Shown here piece by piece: positions 24,763 to 38,373 of a stretch of DNA of 64,000 bases; position 1 is the first letter of the stretch; each line of letters opens with the position of its first letter. This DNA is from Octopus vulgaris (lineage: Eukaryota), in assembly GCA_951406725.2 (NCBI GenBank), contig OX597835.1, positions 41,850,001-41,914,000 of the forward strand, read 5' to 3'. The notes under the pieces were generated by a model. It did no database searches and was not told where the DNA came from. It was given only the letters and a program-made list of their open reading frames with translations. The position numbers and the translations under genes were made by a program.

Positions 24763-24889
24763 TCTTTCTTTGTTTCTTTGTTGCTTTCTTTTTTCTTTCT
24801 TTCTTCCTTTCTTTCTGCTTCTCTTTCTTTCTTTCTTTCTTTCTTTTCTTTCTTTCTTTTTTCTTTCTTTCTTCCTTTCTTTCTGCTTC

Positions 24890-24921
<32 letters not shown>

Positions 24922-24952
24922 TCCTTCTTTCTTTCTTTCTCTTTCTCTCTTT
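24303..24952. repeat. Compound polypyrimidine tract (TTTC/TC/TTTG)n
   Basis: Direct reading. Confidence 0.97.
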
Positions 24953-25254
24953 CACATCTTGTTGCCGATGTGCTTCTCTACTAGAAACAACAACAACTCA
25001 GTCCATTTCATTTTGTTATTGCTTTTTTTGTTTGTAGCATGAATAACAACAATAACAACAACAACAATAATAGTAATAATAAATCCTTTCCACTATAGGC
25101 ACAAGGCCTGAAATTGTGGGGGGATGGGGAATGTCAATCGCATCAACTGGTACTTGATAATTTGTCGACCCCCAAAAGATGAAAGGCAAGGTCGACCTCA
25201 GCGGAATTTGAACTCAGAAAGTAAAGACGGATGAATAATAATAATAATAATGAT

Positions 25255-25496
25255 ACTTTTATCTTTTGCTTGATTCAGTCATTAGGTTGTGGCCACACTG
25301 GAGCACTGCTTCGAATTTTTAGTTGAATGAATCGACCCCACCACTATACTTCTTTCTTTTTAAGACTGGTACTTATTCTATCGGTCTCTTTTGTTGAATT
25401 GCTAAGTTACGGGGACATAAACACACCAACACCGGTTGTCAAGTGGTAGTGGTGAGACACACACAGACACAAAGATACACACACATAGATATATAT

Positions 25497-25551
<55 letters not shown>

Positions 25552-25727
25552 CATATATATATACACACATACGGTGGACTTTTTTCAGTTTCCATCTACC
25601 AAATCCACTCACAAGGCTTTGGTTAGCCTGAGGCTATAGTAGAAGACACCTGCCCAATGTGCCACACAGTGGGACTGAACCTGTAACCATGTGGCTGGGA
25701 AGCAATCTTCTTACCACACAGCCACGC
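25255..25727 (-). mobile_element. SINE A with expanded internal (CA)/(TA) tract
   Basis: Homology to 499-885. Confidence 0.8.
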
Positions 25728-25834
25728 ATATTTCTTTGGTTTTAAGTGTTTACAGGTTTGTAGATTGTGAAGTGTGAGTATACATAAAACTGGTGTTGGT
25801 AGGAGACAACTTTCTGTGTGTAAACACCACATAA

Positions 25835-26065
25835 TACATACATGTATAGGGGTATGTATGTATGTATGTATGTTTATATGCATGTATGTATGTATATATA
25901 TTGATATGTATGTGTGTGTGTATTTACATTTTGATGAATATGGATATATTATGTATGTATAGTATATGTATGCATATGTCTATATATGTGTGTATGTATG
26001 TATGTACATACAATACTATATGTCTGTATGTGTATGCACACAGACACACATGCATACATACATAT

Positions 26066-26099
<34 letters not shown>

Positions 26100-26132
26100 T
26101 GATAAAAACGGTAAGACAACAAAAGAAAACAG

Positions 26133-26193
<61 letters not shown>

Positions 26194-26282
26194 CATATAT
26201 ACACACACACATATAGCTAAAATTTTAATATAAACAATGTATTATGTCTGTGGGGGGTTGAGTGTACAACTGAGAGAGAGAA

Positions 26283-26346
<64 letters not shown>
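25835..26346. repeat. (TA)n/(TATG)n/(GA)n low-complexity block
   Basis: Direct reading. Confidence 0.9.
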
Positions 26347-26349
<3 letters not shown>

Positions 26350-26806
26350 GTGCTCACAGAAATGTGTCAGCCTCGTTACTGAAGCAGCTATCATGTTCAG
26401 CATTTGTTGTGGTTAGTTGTCCCTCTATCTGAGACTCTGTTTGCCTCTCCTCCTTGGGCAGAGCTTAACTGTGGCACCATAAATTAACTTCACTGCTAAC
26501 CTGTTGCCGAGAGACCTCACTAAGATGTTAATCTGAAGTGGCTTAAGGACTTGGAGACACAGGCACACGGCACACACACGCACACATGCACACACACACA
26601 CGCACACATGCACACACACACACACACACATGCGCACACATGCACATACACACACCATATACTCATACACATATGCAATCACCTATGCTCACACATGCAA
26701 ACCGTACACATACACACTGATGATGGTGGGTGGTAGAAACTTATTTTAGACAGATGAATAAATAAATAGCCAGATATAAATATAGAGAAGGACAAGGAGA
26801 AGACAA

Positions 26807-26854
<48 letters not shown>

Positions 26855-26959
26855 TAAGAAAGAGAAAAATGCAACTACACACACACCCATACGCATATGT
26901 ATATGTGTGTGTATCTAATATTTTTATACGTGTATGGCACACATATATATATATGTACA

Positions 26960-27006
<47 letters not shown>

Positions 27007-27089
27007 TAGCTTGCTTACCAACCACATGGTTCTGGGTTGGTTAGCATGGAAAATGGGTGATGATGATGATGATATATATATATATATAT

Positions 27090-27470
27090 AGGTGTAGGAG
27101 TGGTTGTGTGGTAAGTAGCTTGCTTATGAACCACAAGGTTCCCGGTTCAGTCCCACTGCGTGGCATGTTGGGCAAGTGTCTTCTACTATAGCCTCAGGAT
27201 TTGGTAGATGGAAACTGAAAGAAGCCCGTCGTATATATGTATATGTATATATGTATGTGTTTCTGTGTTTGCCCCCCCCCTCCCAACATCGCTTGACAAC
27301 TGATGCTGGTGTGTTTACATCCCTGAAACTTAGCGGTTTGGCAAAAGAGACAAATAGAATAAGTACTAGGCATATAAAGAATAAGTCCTGGGGTCGATTT
27401 GCTCGACTAAAAGCAGTGCCCCAGCATGACCGCAGTCAAATGACAGAAACAAGTAAAAGAGTAAAATGAG
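27090..27470 (+). mobile_element. SINE A
   Basis: Homology to 499-885. Confidence 0.8.
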
Positions 27471-28067
27471 TATATACACATACACACATATATACATCCA
27501 TAGGTATATACTTAACCCCTATATTTGTACAGCAGTAAGGGCCTAGGTGCAACACAAAGTAGGAAAGAATAGTACTGAAATGCTAAGGATAGAATAAAGT
27601 ACTTATTCTACTGAAGCCAAAACAACTTCACAAACTGTTACTCAGAGTTTCACATAACTGCTTGTCAGATGATTCAGAGTCTGAATCATCAGAGCCATTG
27701 GATGAAGAGTCTTGAGGCACTTTGAGTTTCAATAAAATAATATGTATATAATGTAAAGTATAATAGCCATCTCAATATGGCTAACCACAAACGGTGGGTG
27801 TTACTGTAGCTTTTAGCCCCAGGAGATCATCGTCTCCAGCTGGCTTTAGGCACACTTTCTGTACTCTTATGGTATTTGCAAAGGGAGGCCATCCCTTTCT
27901 CGTAAGACTAAGTGATACGCACCGGACCGCAGTTTCGAGGTTGTTGCTTCTTGTCAACGGGTGGTAAATCACCGGATTACGATGAAAGGGAAAGCCTGTA
28001 TGCAAATATATATGTGTTTTTCTATGTATAGATATATGTATATATGTATGTATGTATGTATGTATAA

Positions 28068-28280
28068 GGTGGCGAGCTGGCAGAAATGTTAGCACGCCAG
28101 GCGAAATGCCTAGCGGTATTTCGTCTGCCGTTACATTCTGAGTTCAAATTCTGCCGAGGTCGACTTTACCTTTCATCCTTTCGGGGTCGATTAAATAAGT
28201 ACCAATTACGCATTGGGTTTAATTTAATCGACTGCTCCCCCACTCCCCCAAAATTTTGGGCCTTGTGTCTAGAGTAGAAA
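28068..28280 (+). mobile_element. SINE B, tail type ii (GGCCTTGTGYCTAGAGTAGAAA)
   Basis: Homology; similar copies at ~8962-9180, ~25084-25235, ~62822-63025 and ~63053-63268. Confidence 0.8.
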
Positions 28281-28485
28281 ATATGTATGTATGTATGTAT
28301 GTATGTAATTATGTATGTATGTATGTACCTGTGTGTGTGTGCGTGCATGCATGCATGTGTATGTATGTATATGTTCTTTCTCTTTTTTGAATTTTAAAGT
28401 AAAGTTTGACCAGTCACCTAATTGGTATGAAGGTTGTGAAGGAAAGTATCTAGATTTAACCATCATCCTCTAAATCTTAAGAAAG

Positions 28486-28663
28486 TATGTATGTATGTAT
28501 GTATGTATGTATGTATGTATGTATGTATGTATGTATGTATGTATGTATGAAGGTATGTATGTATGTATGCATGCATACATGTATGTGTGTATGTTTGTAT
28601 GTATGTATGTATGTATGTATGTATGTATGTATGAAGGTATGTATGTATGTATGCATGCATGTA
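28486..28663. repeat. (ATGT)n microsatellite
   Basis: Direct reading. Confidence 0.95.
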
Positions 28664-29056
28664 TGAGGAGGCCAGGATAACATCTGCAAGAGTCCGGAGA
28701 GATTTAAAGAAGAATGTAGCAATCAAGAAGGTGAATCTCAGTGACCTTTTTGTGTGCACAGTTTGTGACAGACGATGCCTTTCTTTTGCTGGGCTCAAAT
28801 CTCATTTGAGGACCCATGGAAAACGAACCTCCACTAACTACTTTGCCAACATACCTGTGCACACCTGTCAATGCTGTGCATGCTATAAGATCTGCAATTG
28901 TAATGGAGGCCTCAAAAGACATTTTAAGATCCAAACCGGTTAATCAGTCTAAGTGGGTGTCTGGTTTAAAAGCCACATCAGATGCCATAATGAAACTGAG
29001 GTTTAGGGACAAGAGGTGGTCAGGCTGTGCATAAGGAGTAGACAACCACTATCTTT
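28664..29056 (+). mobile_element. Probable LINE 3' end carrying two C-terminal C2H2-like fingers, embedded in (ATGT)n
   Basis: CTVCDRRCLSFAGLKSHLRTH and CACYKICNCNGGLKRHFK; no TGEKP linkers; resembles RTE-group ORF C-termini. Confidence 0.55.
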
Positions 29057-29970
29057 GTATGTATGTATTGATGTATGAATGAATGTATGTATGTATGCAT
29101 GCATGTATGTATGTATGTATGTATGTATGTATGTATGTATGTATGTATGTATGTATGTATGTATGTATGTATGTATGTATGTATGTATGTATGTATGGAT
29201 GGATGGATGGATGGATGGATGGATGGATGGATGGATGGATGTATGTATGTATGTATGTATGTATGTATGCATGCATGCATGGATGGATGGATGGATGGAT
29301 GGATGGATGTATGTATGTATGTATGTATGTATGTATGCATGCATGCATGCATGGATGGATGGATGGATGGATGTATGTATGTATGTATGTATGTATGTAT
29401 GTATGCATGCATGCATGCATGCATGCATGCATGCATGGATGGATGGATGGATGGATGGATGAATGTATGTATGCATGGATGGATGGATGGATGGATGTAT
29501 GTATGTATGTATGTATGTATGTATGCATGCATGGATGGATGGATGGATGGATGGATGGATGAATGTATGTATGTATGTATGTATGTATGGATGGATGGAT
29601 GCATGCATGCATGTATGGATGGATGGATGGATGTATGGATGGATGTATGTATGTATGTATGTATGTATGTATGTATGTATGCATGCATGCATGCATGGAT
29701 GTATGTATGTATGTATGTATGTATGTATGTATGTATGTATGTATGTATGTATGTATGCATGCATGCATGCATGCATGCATGCATGGATGGATGGATGGAT
29801 GAATGTATGTATGTATGTATGTATGTATGTATGTATGTATGCATGCATGCATGCATGGATGGATGGATGGATGGATGGATGTATGTATGTATGTATGCAT
29901 GCATGCATGCATGTATGTATGTATGGATGGATGGATGGATGGATGAATGTATGTATGTATGTATGTATGT
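29057..29970. repeat. Compound tetranucleotide microsatellite (ATGT/ATGG/ATGC)n, about 0.9 kb
   Basis: Direct reading. Confidence 0.97.
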
Positions 29971-30529
29971 GGAGGACTTAAACAACATGCAAAGGTACAT
30001 GAAGCCCAGTTACAACTACAGCTGGCTATTACCAGTAAAGGTTTTAGTTGCCAATTTTGTATAATACATTGTAGATCTTTAGCTGGGCTAAAAAGTCACA
30101 TTTGATCACAGCACCAGTAACAGTTAAGCTTCGTGCAATGGCCATACTCGATAACGAGGGGGCAGCCATAATGTATGTATGTATACGTGTGTGTGTGTGT
30201 GTGTGTGTGTGTATGTATATATGTATAAGGTGCATATTGAAAGAAATCAACAGGCGGTTATTTTTGGTGTTCAACCCTAGGTCAACCCATTCCACCCTAA
30301 AATGTGAATGAATCTAATTAAACTTCACATGTGAGAATTTGCGACGTTCTTTATCTCTTCATAACTTTCATTGAAAATTCCTGCATTTTAAGGAATTCTT
30401 CTATATTTATGATATTTAATCATATTTCCCTGTTGTCTTTGTGAAGAACCGCTTGTCCCTGGTGGTATCTGAACTGGGAACACAAAGAATCAGAATAAAC
30501 ACCACAAGGCACCCAGTTTCAATATTTCT

Positions 30530-30630
30530 CATCATTCATCATTGTTCGACCGTGGTCGAGACAATGGAATTTACGATGCTACGCCAGACTTCACGGTCCA
30601 TCATGGCATTATGGAGGTCCTATTTCTACA
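30530..30630 (-). mobile_element. Short LINE 3' end (RTE-like)
   Basis: Minus strand reads DLHNAMMDREVWRSIVNSIVSTTVEQ* then TGATGA. Confidence 0.55.
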
Positions 30631-31828
30631 GTTCCACCAATTCAGCATCAATCAAGTTAATGTGATAGATACTCGAACCATTTTTATTGTTTGGATTAAA
30701 ATTCCTTGAATTAAATTGAAAATATCTTCAGGAGATTTAGAGATCAATTCAGGTAAAGATTACCCAATGGATCTGATGTGTGTGTGTGCACGTATGTATG
30801 CATATGTGTGTATGTGTTTGTGCATGTGTATGTGTGTGTGTGCGTGTGTGCATGCATGAGTGTGTATATGTATGTATATGGGATTTTAGCCTTTTAGCAG
30901 CATTCAGATTATACTTTTAAATGTAAAGCTTATTTATTCACATTGATTTGAATTAATTATGCTTTACCACTTAATTTCAAGATTTCAATGATGCAATTGT
31001 TTATTTTCAGAATGACATTGTCAGGTAGGTGCAAGAGGCCAGATCTGATCTGTCTGAACATGAAACAAGTAGAATATTTAATACATGTATATATTACTGA
31101 CGTTCATATCATTAACATTGACCCTTTAGCATGCAGATTACTCTGTCAAATATAAAGCTTATTTAGTCACATTTACGGAGATGTACTTGCATAGCATGAC
31201 CTGATCTGAGATCGTGTGCTGGAACGAAAACAATTGTATTGTGGAAGGTGTTTATAAGCCATTTAAGAAACACACAAAAACCGTTAGATTCACTTCAACA
31301 TTTAAATTTAATTTGTCAAAATATTTTTGGCGCTTTGAGACCGCAACTTGTTCACTGACAAAACTTTGTGCTGCATTGTTTTGAATTAATCCTGCATTAT
31401 CTCATAGATTCAAGATTTCAATGATGTGGTTATTAATATTTAGAATGGCATTGTAGGGTAGGTGTGAGTGGCTGGATCTGGCTAATTTCAACCTAAAACA
31501 GGTAGAATACCTGTGTCAGATGTGGCCAGTTTAAATGCTTTAAATGCCAAATGGTTCAGGCAATTTCCAACAGATTGTGTTTCCAGATGCTTCCTGCAGT
31601 TTGAAGGAGACACCAGTCACCTTGGGACATTCTTGCCACCAGACACTGGATATCCAGCCTTCAGTGTAAAGATAGGAATACTGGCAAAGGGGCCGTGTCC
31701 AACATCGTTCTACGCTTCATTGCACATCTCTCTTCCTTTCCTGCAAAAGTGGGTCACTTCCTGTAACTAATTTGATTTTCAATGATTAAATACTTCCTGT
31801 TCTGTTCCTGTGTTGCTATGTTGCTTTG

Positions 31829-31860
<32 letters not shown>

Positions 31861-32241
31861 GAGAGAGAGAGGGTGAGGGAGGGGAGTGGAAGGGAGAGTA
31901 ATGAAGAAGAGAAGACAGGAAGCTGGAAGACACGCAATATATTTTAAATATTAATTCAAATAGATTTATGGCTCTGCAATTGATGCGATGGATTGTCTGG
32001 CAATGGAAGTGTGGCTGAATTGTACCTAAAGCTTCCGGTTAGAACTCTACCTGTCAACAATACAGGATAATAGCCATTGGCAGCATGGACTGAATGGAAG
32101 GTGCCCCCGTCAGACTCTTGTGAGACTAAATGGGAGCTGCTTCTGTCAGAACCCCTGTGCAACTGAGCAATTCAGTCTGGGGTCCACTCCATTTGGGAAA
32201 GGGCCCAGAAAAGTGACATTAAACTCATCCATGCAATTCTT

Positions 32242-32655
32242 ATTTCTTTATTGCCCACAAGGGGCTACACACAGAGGGGACAAACAAGGACAGACAAATG
32301 GATTAAGTTAATTATATCAACCCCAGTGTGTAACTGGTACTTATTTAATCAAACCCGAAAGGATGAAAGGCAGAGTCGACCTCAGTGGAATTTGAACTCA
32401 GAATGTAAATCAGACGAAATACCTATTTCTTTACTACCCACAAGGGGCTAAATACAGACAGGACAAACAAGGACAGACAAATGGATTAAGTCGATTATAT
32501 CGACCCCAGTGTGTAACTGGTACTTATTTAATCGACCCTGAAAGTATTGAAAGGCAAAGTCAACCTCGGTGGAATTTGAACTCAGAACGTAAAGACAGAC
32601 GAAATACTACTAAGCATTTCGCCCGGCGTGCTAACGTTTCTGCCAGCTCGCCACC
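32242..32655 (-). mobile_element. SINE B dimer with 17-bp TSD
   Basis: TCATCCATGCAATTCTT at 32225 and 32658; internal junction at GGTATTTCGTC (32423-32413). Confidence 0.85.
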
Positions 32656-32894
32656 TTTCATCCATGCAATTCTTGGACAGGAAACTGTACCTGTCAGGAC
32701 ATTTCTCCAAATTATATCTGTAACCCACAAAGAGAAGAGAATAAGTCAATGCAGCAATGAAAAATCTTATTTTTCATTTTAACCCAATTTTCATGATTAA
32801 AAATGAAAAGATTCCTTGATGATCAGCATTTGATGTTAATTTTATGTATAGTAAAATGATGGACCATTTCATAATTAGGATAAGTATAGTAAAA

Positions 32895-33047
32895 ACACCT
32901 CCAGCACTCACGGAGTGGTTGGCATTAGGAAGGGCATCCAGCTGTAGAAACACTGCCAAATCAGACTGGAGCCTGGTGCAGCCTCCATGGCTTACCAGAC
33001 CCCGGTTGAACCGTCCAACCCATGCTAACATGGAAAACGGACGTTAA

Positions 33048-33079
<32 letters not shown>
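32895..33079 (+). mobile_element. RTE 3'UTR fragment
   Basis: Same family with (TGA)n tail; further copies at ~9930-10062 and ~38908-39110 (-). Confidence 0.7.
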
Positions 33080-34996
33080 AGTCTACATTTAAGTTGAGAG
33101 ATTTTGTTCAGGAAAAAGAAAGTGATTGGTTTATCACACTGACAAAGGTTACCAAAATTGTAGTTCTGAAAATATCAACCTTCATATGTAGAGAAACATC
33201 AGGGAGGACAGAAGCTATGCAGTAATTTTTAACATCGGCCATCTTTTTGGCAATAGAAAAATAGGACTTAATTCCAACAGAGAAGACATCCATTTTGAGA
33301 TTTACCTACACAAACCTAATTGTCATGGTTATTAAGTATTGCTAAGATTTGACTAATTAATCAGAGACCTCATGGTGATTATGATTAATTTCAAGTTTGT
33401 ATCCTAAGAGATAACTGGATGTCTGATGCAGAAGGCATTTGTTATTGATCAATAAAATACTGAGTATTGCAGTACTTGATATAAATTGAATCAAGTCTCA
33501 ACCTCATTCAATAGTTTTCACCAATGACAATAACTTCATAAAGTAAGAAAGAAATTCTTTCCATATCACTTTTGGTAAATTAACATATGCACTTGAAACA
33601 CCTTTAAGCTAAAATACTAGTGTATATAACATTTATAATGTTAATAGAAATGTAGAACAACACTATCTGTGAAAACTGTGGTGTATTAAAAACTCAGGGC
33701 TCCACTCACAAGAGTGGTGAACCACCAGACACCAGTGTTTCAACCTGATTTGGCCTCCTCAGTGAGAAATGCCTTGGATGTTTTGAGCTAGGCTGAAAAA
33801 TGCCTGTCCTGCTATACAAATCCCTGAGGAGGGGAATCTGATAGAATGACTACTTATAAATGTAATTTAATGTGGGAAATAAAATGTATGGGACCTTCAA
33901 TGTTAGGGAGTAAAAAAGGTAACTAAAAAGCTGTAAAGAATTATCCTTTGTGAATAGTTAATAGCAAAATGTTTGCTATTGTCATTTGTGTTTGTAGCAG
34001 AGAGATAAATAAGAGCCCATTGATATCATAAAGAAGCTGTTTATTCTCTCTTTTAATAAATATTTCGTGGTGTAGCGAGAAACAGTGGTATTTAGTAGCA
34101 ATGAATTAGTTATTGTATAGGTAGGGGAAAATATGATGAGGGGTTGCCAACAAGTTGAACACAAGTCAGGCAAAATATTTTAATGCACCATCTTGTAAAA
34201 ATAATAATCAAAGTATTTGAAACTCAGAGAAATGAAGTAAAAAAAACTGTTTAAGGTTGGGATATCAGAACGTTTTGAAGACATTTTGAAGAAAGATTTT
34301 AGAAGTAAAGGACCTTTGCAAATATTCTCATTTATGAAATTGCAACACTATCCAAATCAAATATTAAATTGCTGATTTGCCATATATTTTTATGGACACA
34401 CACACACACACACACACAAACACAAGTACACACATACATACGTTGGCAGAATCGTTAGCATGCCGGGCGAAATGCTTAGCAGTATTTCGTCTGTCGTTAC
34501 ATTCTGAGTTCAAATTCCGCCGAGGTCGACTTTGCCTTTCATCATTTTGGGGTCGATTAAATAAGTACCAGTTACGCACTGGGGTCGATATAATCAACTT
34601 AATCCGTTTGTCCCCTCTGTGTTTAGCCCCTTGTGGGTAGTAAAGAAATATATATACATACATACTTATACACGTAGATATTTTGACAGACAGACAGATA
34701 AATATCTAAAAGAGCAAACGAATGTAAAGACATCAAGGGACCTTGGTAGAGCCAATGAGATTAAGCAAAAGAAACAGGAGGTGGAAGGGGTTTTGTCTGT
34801 TTTGAAATTTTAGGCATGTTTCAGCCTCAGTGCATTATAAGTGCTTCGTGGGTTGAGTGCTGTTACCCTCCAGCCCCTCACAGACTCTCTCCAGTCCTGT
34901 AAACAATTTTGTTTCTCACACACACTACATAATCTCTGTGTAGGTAAGTTGCTGTGACAACAATATACCAGAAACACAGAGAGAAGGAGAAAGAGA

Positions 34997-35036
<40 letters not shown>

Positions 35037-35283
35037 ATAGAGAAAAAGAAGAGAAGGAAGAGCAACAAAAGTGTATAGAGTATATTTTAAATATTCGTAT
35101 CAGGAGATTGACAAGCTTGACCACTGATTGAGCAGAGGACACAGAGTAGACAATAGGTGAGAGAAATAAAAGCCATACATGAATAAGCAACCCATAACTA
35201 CCTACAGACAGACAGATAGACACGTTTGTTTGTTTGTTCCTTCTCGAGCCATGCTTGGCTCATAAGGGCCGGTTTCCCGGTTT

Positions 35284-38200
35284 GTTAGTTAGTTAGTTAG
35301 TTAATTTGGCTCAAAAGCAAATAGCAAGGCCATGTAGGGGGACATGGAGTTAAGTACAGGGTGGTGTTCATGTAAAGAGTTCAGGCCACTTGAGGTCAAG
35401 GTAGGCTTTGAACAAAGCGGTCGTCGGCATCTTCACCATCTCGTCTGGCAGCTTGTTCCACGGATCCGCAACCCAGACGGAGAAAGCTCCTCTCCTTCGA
35501 TTGAGATGAAATCGTCGCAGGTAGAGCTTTTCAGAATGACCCCGCAGCCGACGCTCCGGGGCAGGAGTGAAGAACAGCTCTTTCGAGAGGTTACACTTCC
35601 CGCTTATGATGTTGTGGGCGAGAATGAGATCACCACGGCGGCGGCGTTTTTCAAGAGAATAAAGGTCGAGCGTCCTCAGCCTTTCTTCGTAGGACAAATT
35701 TTTGAGACCATGAACCAGGCGGGTAGCCAGCTTCTGGACTCTTTCGAGGTGCTGTATGTCTTTGAGGAGATAAGGAGAAGAGGCTTGAATCCCATACTCC
35801 AATATGGGTCTCACCAGCGTGACATAGAGTGGCAGGAATATGGCTGCTGTGAGCACTCCGAATGACCGTCGAATCAAAAACAGAATTCCGCGCGCTTTGT
35901 TGGCAGCATGGACGCACTGGGCCGAAGGCGAAAAGGAGGAATCCACCAAGATACCCAGGTCCTTTACCTGATCGGTCCTCTCCAGCAGCAGACGACCCGG
36001 CTCGAAATCAAGTTGAGTTGTAGGAGTAGAGCCGACAGGCAGATGACAGCACTTTGACACGTTCAGACACAGGTCCCAATCGTTAGACCACTTCCAAATT
36101 TGGTGGAGGCATCGACGAAGATCCTCTATACTACCGCGAGGAGCGACCAGTTTGATATCGTCGGCAAATAGAAGGGTGTGTTGCGTGAGGTCGTCGGGCA
36201 AGTCATTTATGAAGACTAAGAACAACAAGGGCCCAAGCACTGAACCTTGAGGCACGCCACTGCTCGCACTGGAGACGTCGGACCGCGAACCTTAACTTGA
36301 ACTTGGAAGGAGCGATCTGAGAGGAAGGCACCAACCCATCGTACAATATCCGGATGGAAACTATATGCTTGAAGCTTGACAAGTAGTAGGCGGTGGTTTA
36401 CCGAGTCAAAAGCTTTGGCAAAGTCCAATAAAACGATGTCAACAGCATCACTATCATCGAGGATGCGCGTCACCAATTCTTCCATTACTAGTAAGTTGGT
36501 CAAGCATGATCTCTTCGGCACGAAGCCGTGTTGGGAATCAGTGATCGAGGCTGTGCTTAGGAGGTGGAGCATCATACTTTTCTTAAGGATGGTTTCGAAC
36601 ATCTTGCTGATTATTGATGTAAGGGAAACCGGTCGGTAGTTAAGCGGGTCTTCGCGGCTCCCTTTCTTGAAAATTGGGCAGATTATCGCTGTTCTCCAGT
36701 CTGCAGGTATAACACTCGTCGCCAATGACATATTGAATAGTCGTGTTAAGGGCTCGCAGATGACCGGAGCCAACGCTTTGATAACCCGTGGGTGTATGCC
36801 GTCAGGGCTGTGACCCTTGTTGACATCGAGGCCTTGAATAACACGTTTGACTTGGTCCCGCGTGATGATCAATCGAAGCATTGGAGGTACCGATCTATCA
36901 AATGGAGGGGGTTCACGACCATCATCTTGTTTGAAAATAGTTGAAAAAGCCTCGGCAAATAATTGACTCTGTTGATAAGGGTCCTCAATCGATACGCCTG
37001 TTGAGTCTACCAATGTTACAATCTGGTTGTTCAAGCGGGAATTCCGCTGGACATGGGCAAAGAAGGTTTTTGGATTGCTACTGGCATTTGCCGCGATTTT
37101 GTATTCATAACTGAAGCGTTCTTTCTTTTCAATTTTCACGGCTCGGTCTCGTTGAGTTTTGTACACCTCAAAAGCTGCAGTCGAATCCAGATTTTTGAAT
37201 TCAGCCCAAGCAATATCTCTGAGTCGACGTTCTCGTTTAACCTTCTTCGTCACCCAGGGCTTGTGTTTCTTCCTCTTGGGAAGTCCAACGGGAACTGCCT
37301 GGTCAGTCAAACAGATTACATATGCTTTGAGGGATGACCATAGTTCGTCAACTGAGGACAACGTCATCAGGGAACGCCAGTCCAGAAGCGCGGAAGCCTC
37401 GGTTAGAATTTCAAGATTAATTGCAGAGAAGACTCTACGTGGCAGCGAAGTAATCGTGGGCGTGGAAAAAGTTGTGTGCATGACGAACTTCAGGACCGCA
37501 TGATCACTTTTGGCAAGAGGGGCGCACACAGATACGTCTGACACTGATCTTGGATAGCGGGAGAATACCAGATCTAGCATAGATGGCTGCTGCCCAAACC
37601 GATGCCTTGTCGGATATTCAACATGTTGCGATAGAAAACAATCTTCAGCCACGTCAAGAAGGGCCTGGCCGAACCGGGAAGATGTTGTACAAATTGATGC
37701 GGGCCAATCGATCATGGGAGCGTTGAAGTCGCCTAGTACCAAGCAGTCATGCGAAGCTGAAACGAATCTTATCGCCTCGAGTAGATGAGCATCGTCCTGG
37801 AGGTCGGCTAGAGGCGGCCTGTAGACAGCCAACACGGGCAGGCAAAACTCAGATAGGCTCAGCTTGCAATAGACGGCATCGAATTTGGTTGTAGGTTGAG
37901 CATTTGTGGGTAGAATACCGCAGGACAGTTTGTGCTCAGACTTAACATACACAGCAACACCTCCACCTCGCCTTTTTCCTCTGTCACATCTGAAAAGGAC
38001 GTAGCCCTGCAGGTGGATCTCTGACTCCTTTACTGCTGGAGTCAGCCAAGTCTCGGTGATAGCTATCACATCAGGGGAGTCGCGTAGGGCCAGTGTAAAT
38101 AGTTCACTGAACTTTGGGAATAAGGAGCACGAGTTGGTGTAGACGATGCTGAGCTGTGAAGTCTGAGGGGCGGGAGTTGGGGAACAAGCAGAATAAAAGG

Positions 38201-38373
38201 CATCAGAGATAGCATCGTTGACGGGGGTATCAACTTCACTTCGATTTGCCCTCACATCACTTTCCCTGTCAGCACTACAGCATGGGACCAGAGGTAGGAC
38301 TTGATTATCTGTCCATCTTGGATTCGTAAACCCTTCTCTCCCATTTGTTTCCTCATCTTTAGCTCGGATATCA
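35284..38373 (-). mobile_element. CR1-group LINE, 5'-truncated, ORF2 (APE endonuclease + RT) nearly intact
   Basis: ITETWL, GDFNAP, SDH, YRPVSLTS, QHGF, LDFAKAFDSV, PQGSVLGP and FADD motifs; (AACT)n tail; GGTTT duplication at 35279/38374. Confidence 0.93.
35368..38373 (-). pseudogene. LINE ORF2 split by one frameshift near 36292
   Basis: ORFs 36216-38399 and 35368-36255 join as FQVQV(N)GSRSDVSSASSGVPQG if one base is restored. Confidence 0.85.

Noticed and set aside
24443-25042. K/E/R-rich and F/L/S-rich ORFs
   Set aside because: Translations of a (TTTC)n tract.
28647-28943. Host C2H2 transcription factor gene
   Set aside because: No TGEKP linkers, the ORF start lies in a microsatellite, and the second finger is incomplete. 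It is better explained as a LINE C-terminus.
29003-30064. 300-aa [12 protein letters not shown] ORFs
   Set aside because: Translations of a tetranucleotide microsatellite.
33112-33142. Possible terminal exon (KKKVIGLSH*) of the plus-strand exon chain
   Set aside because: The phase fits but the acceptor is weak, so there is too little support to call it.
35344-37503. Plus-strand ORFs overlapping the CR1 LINE
   Set aside because: Antisense shadows of the RT frame.
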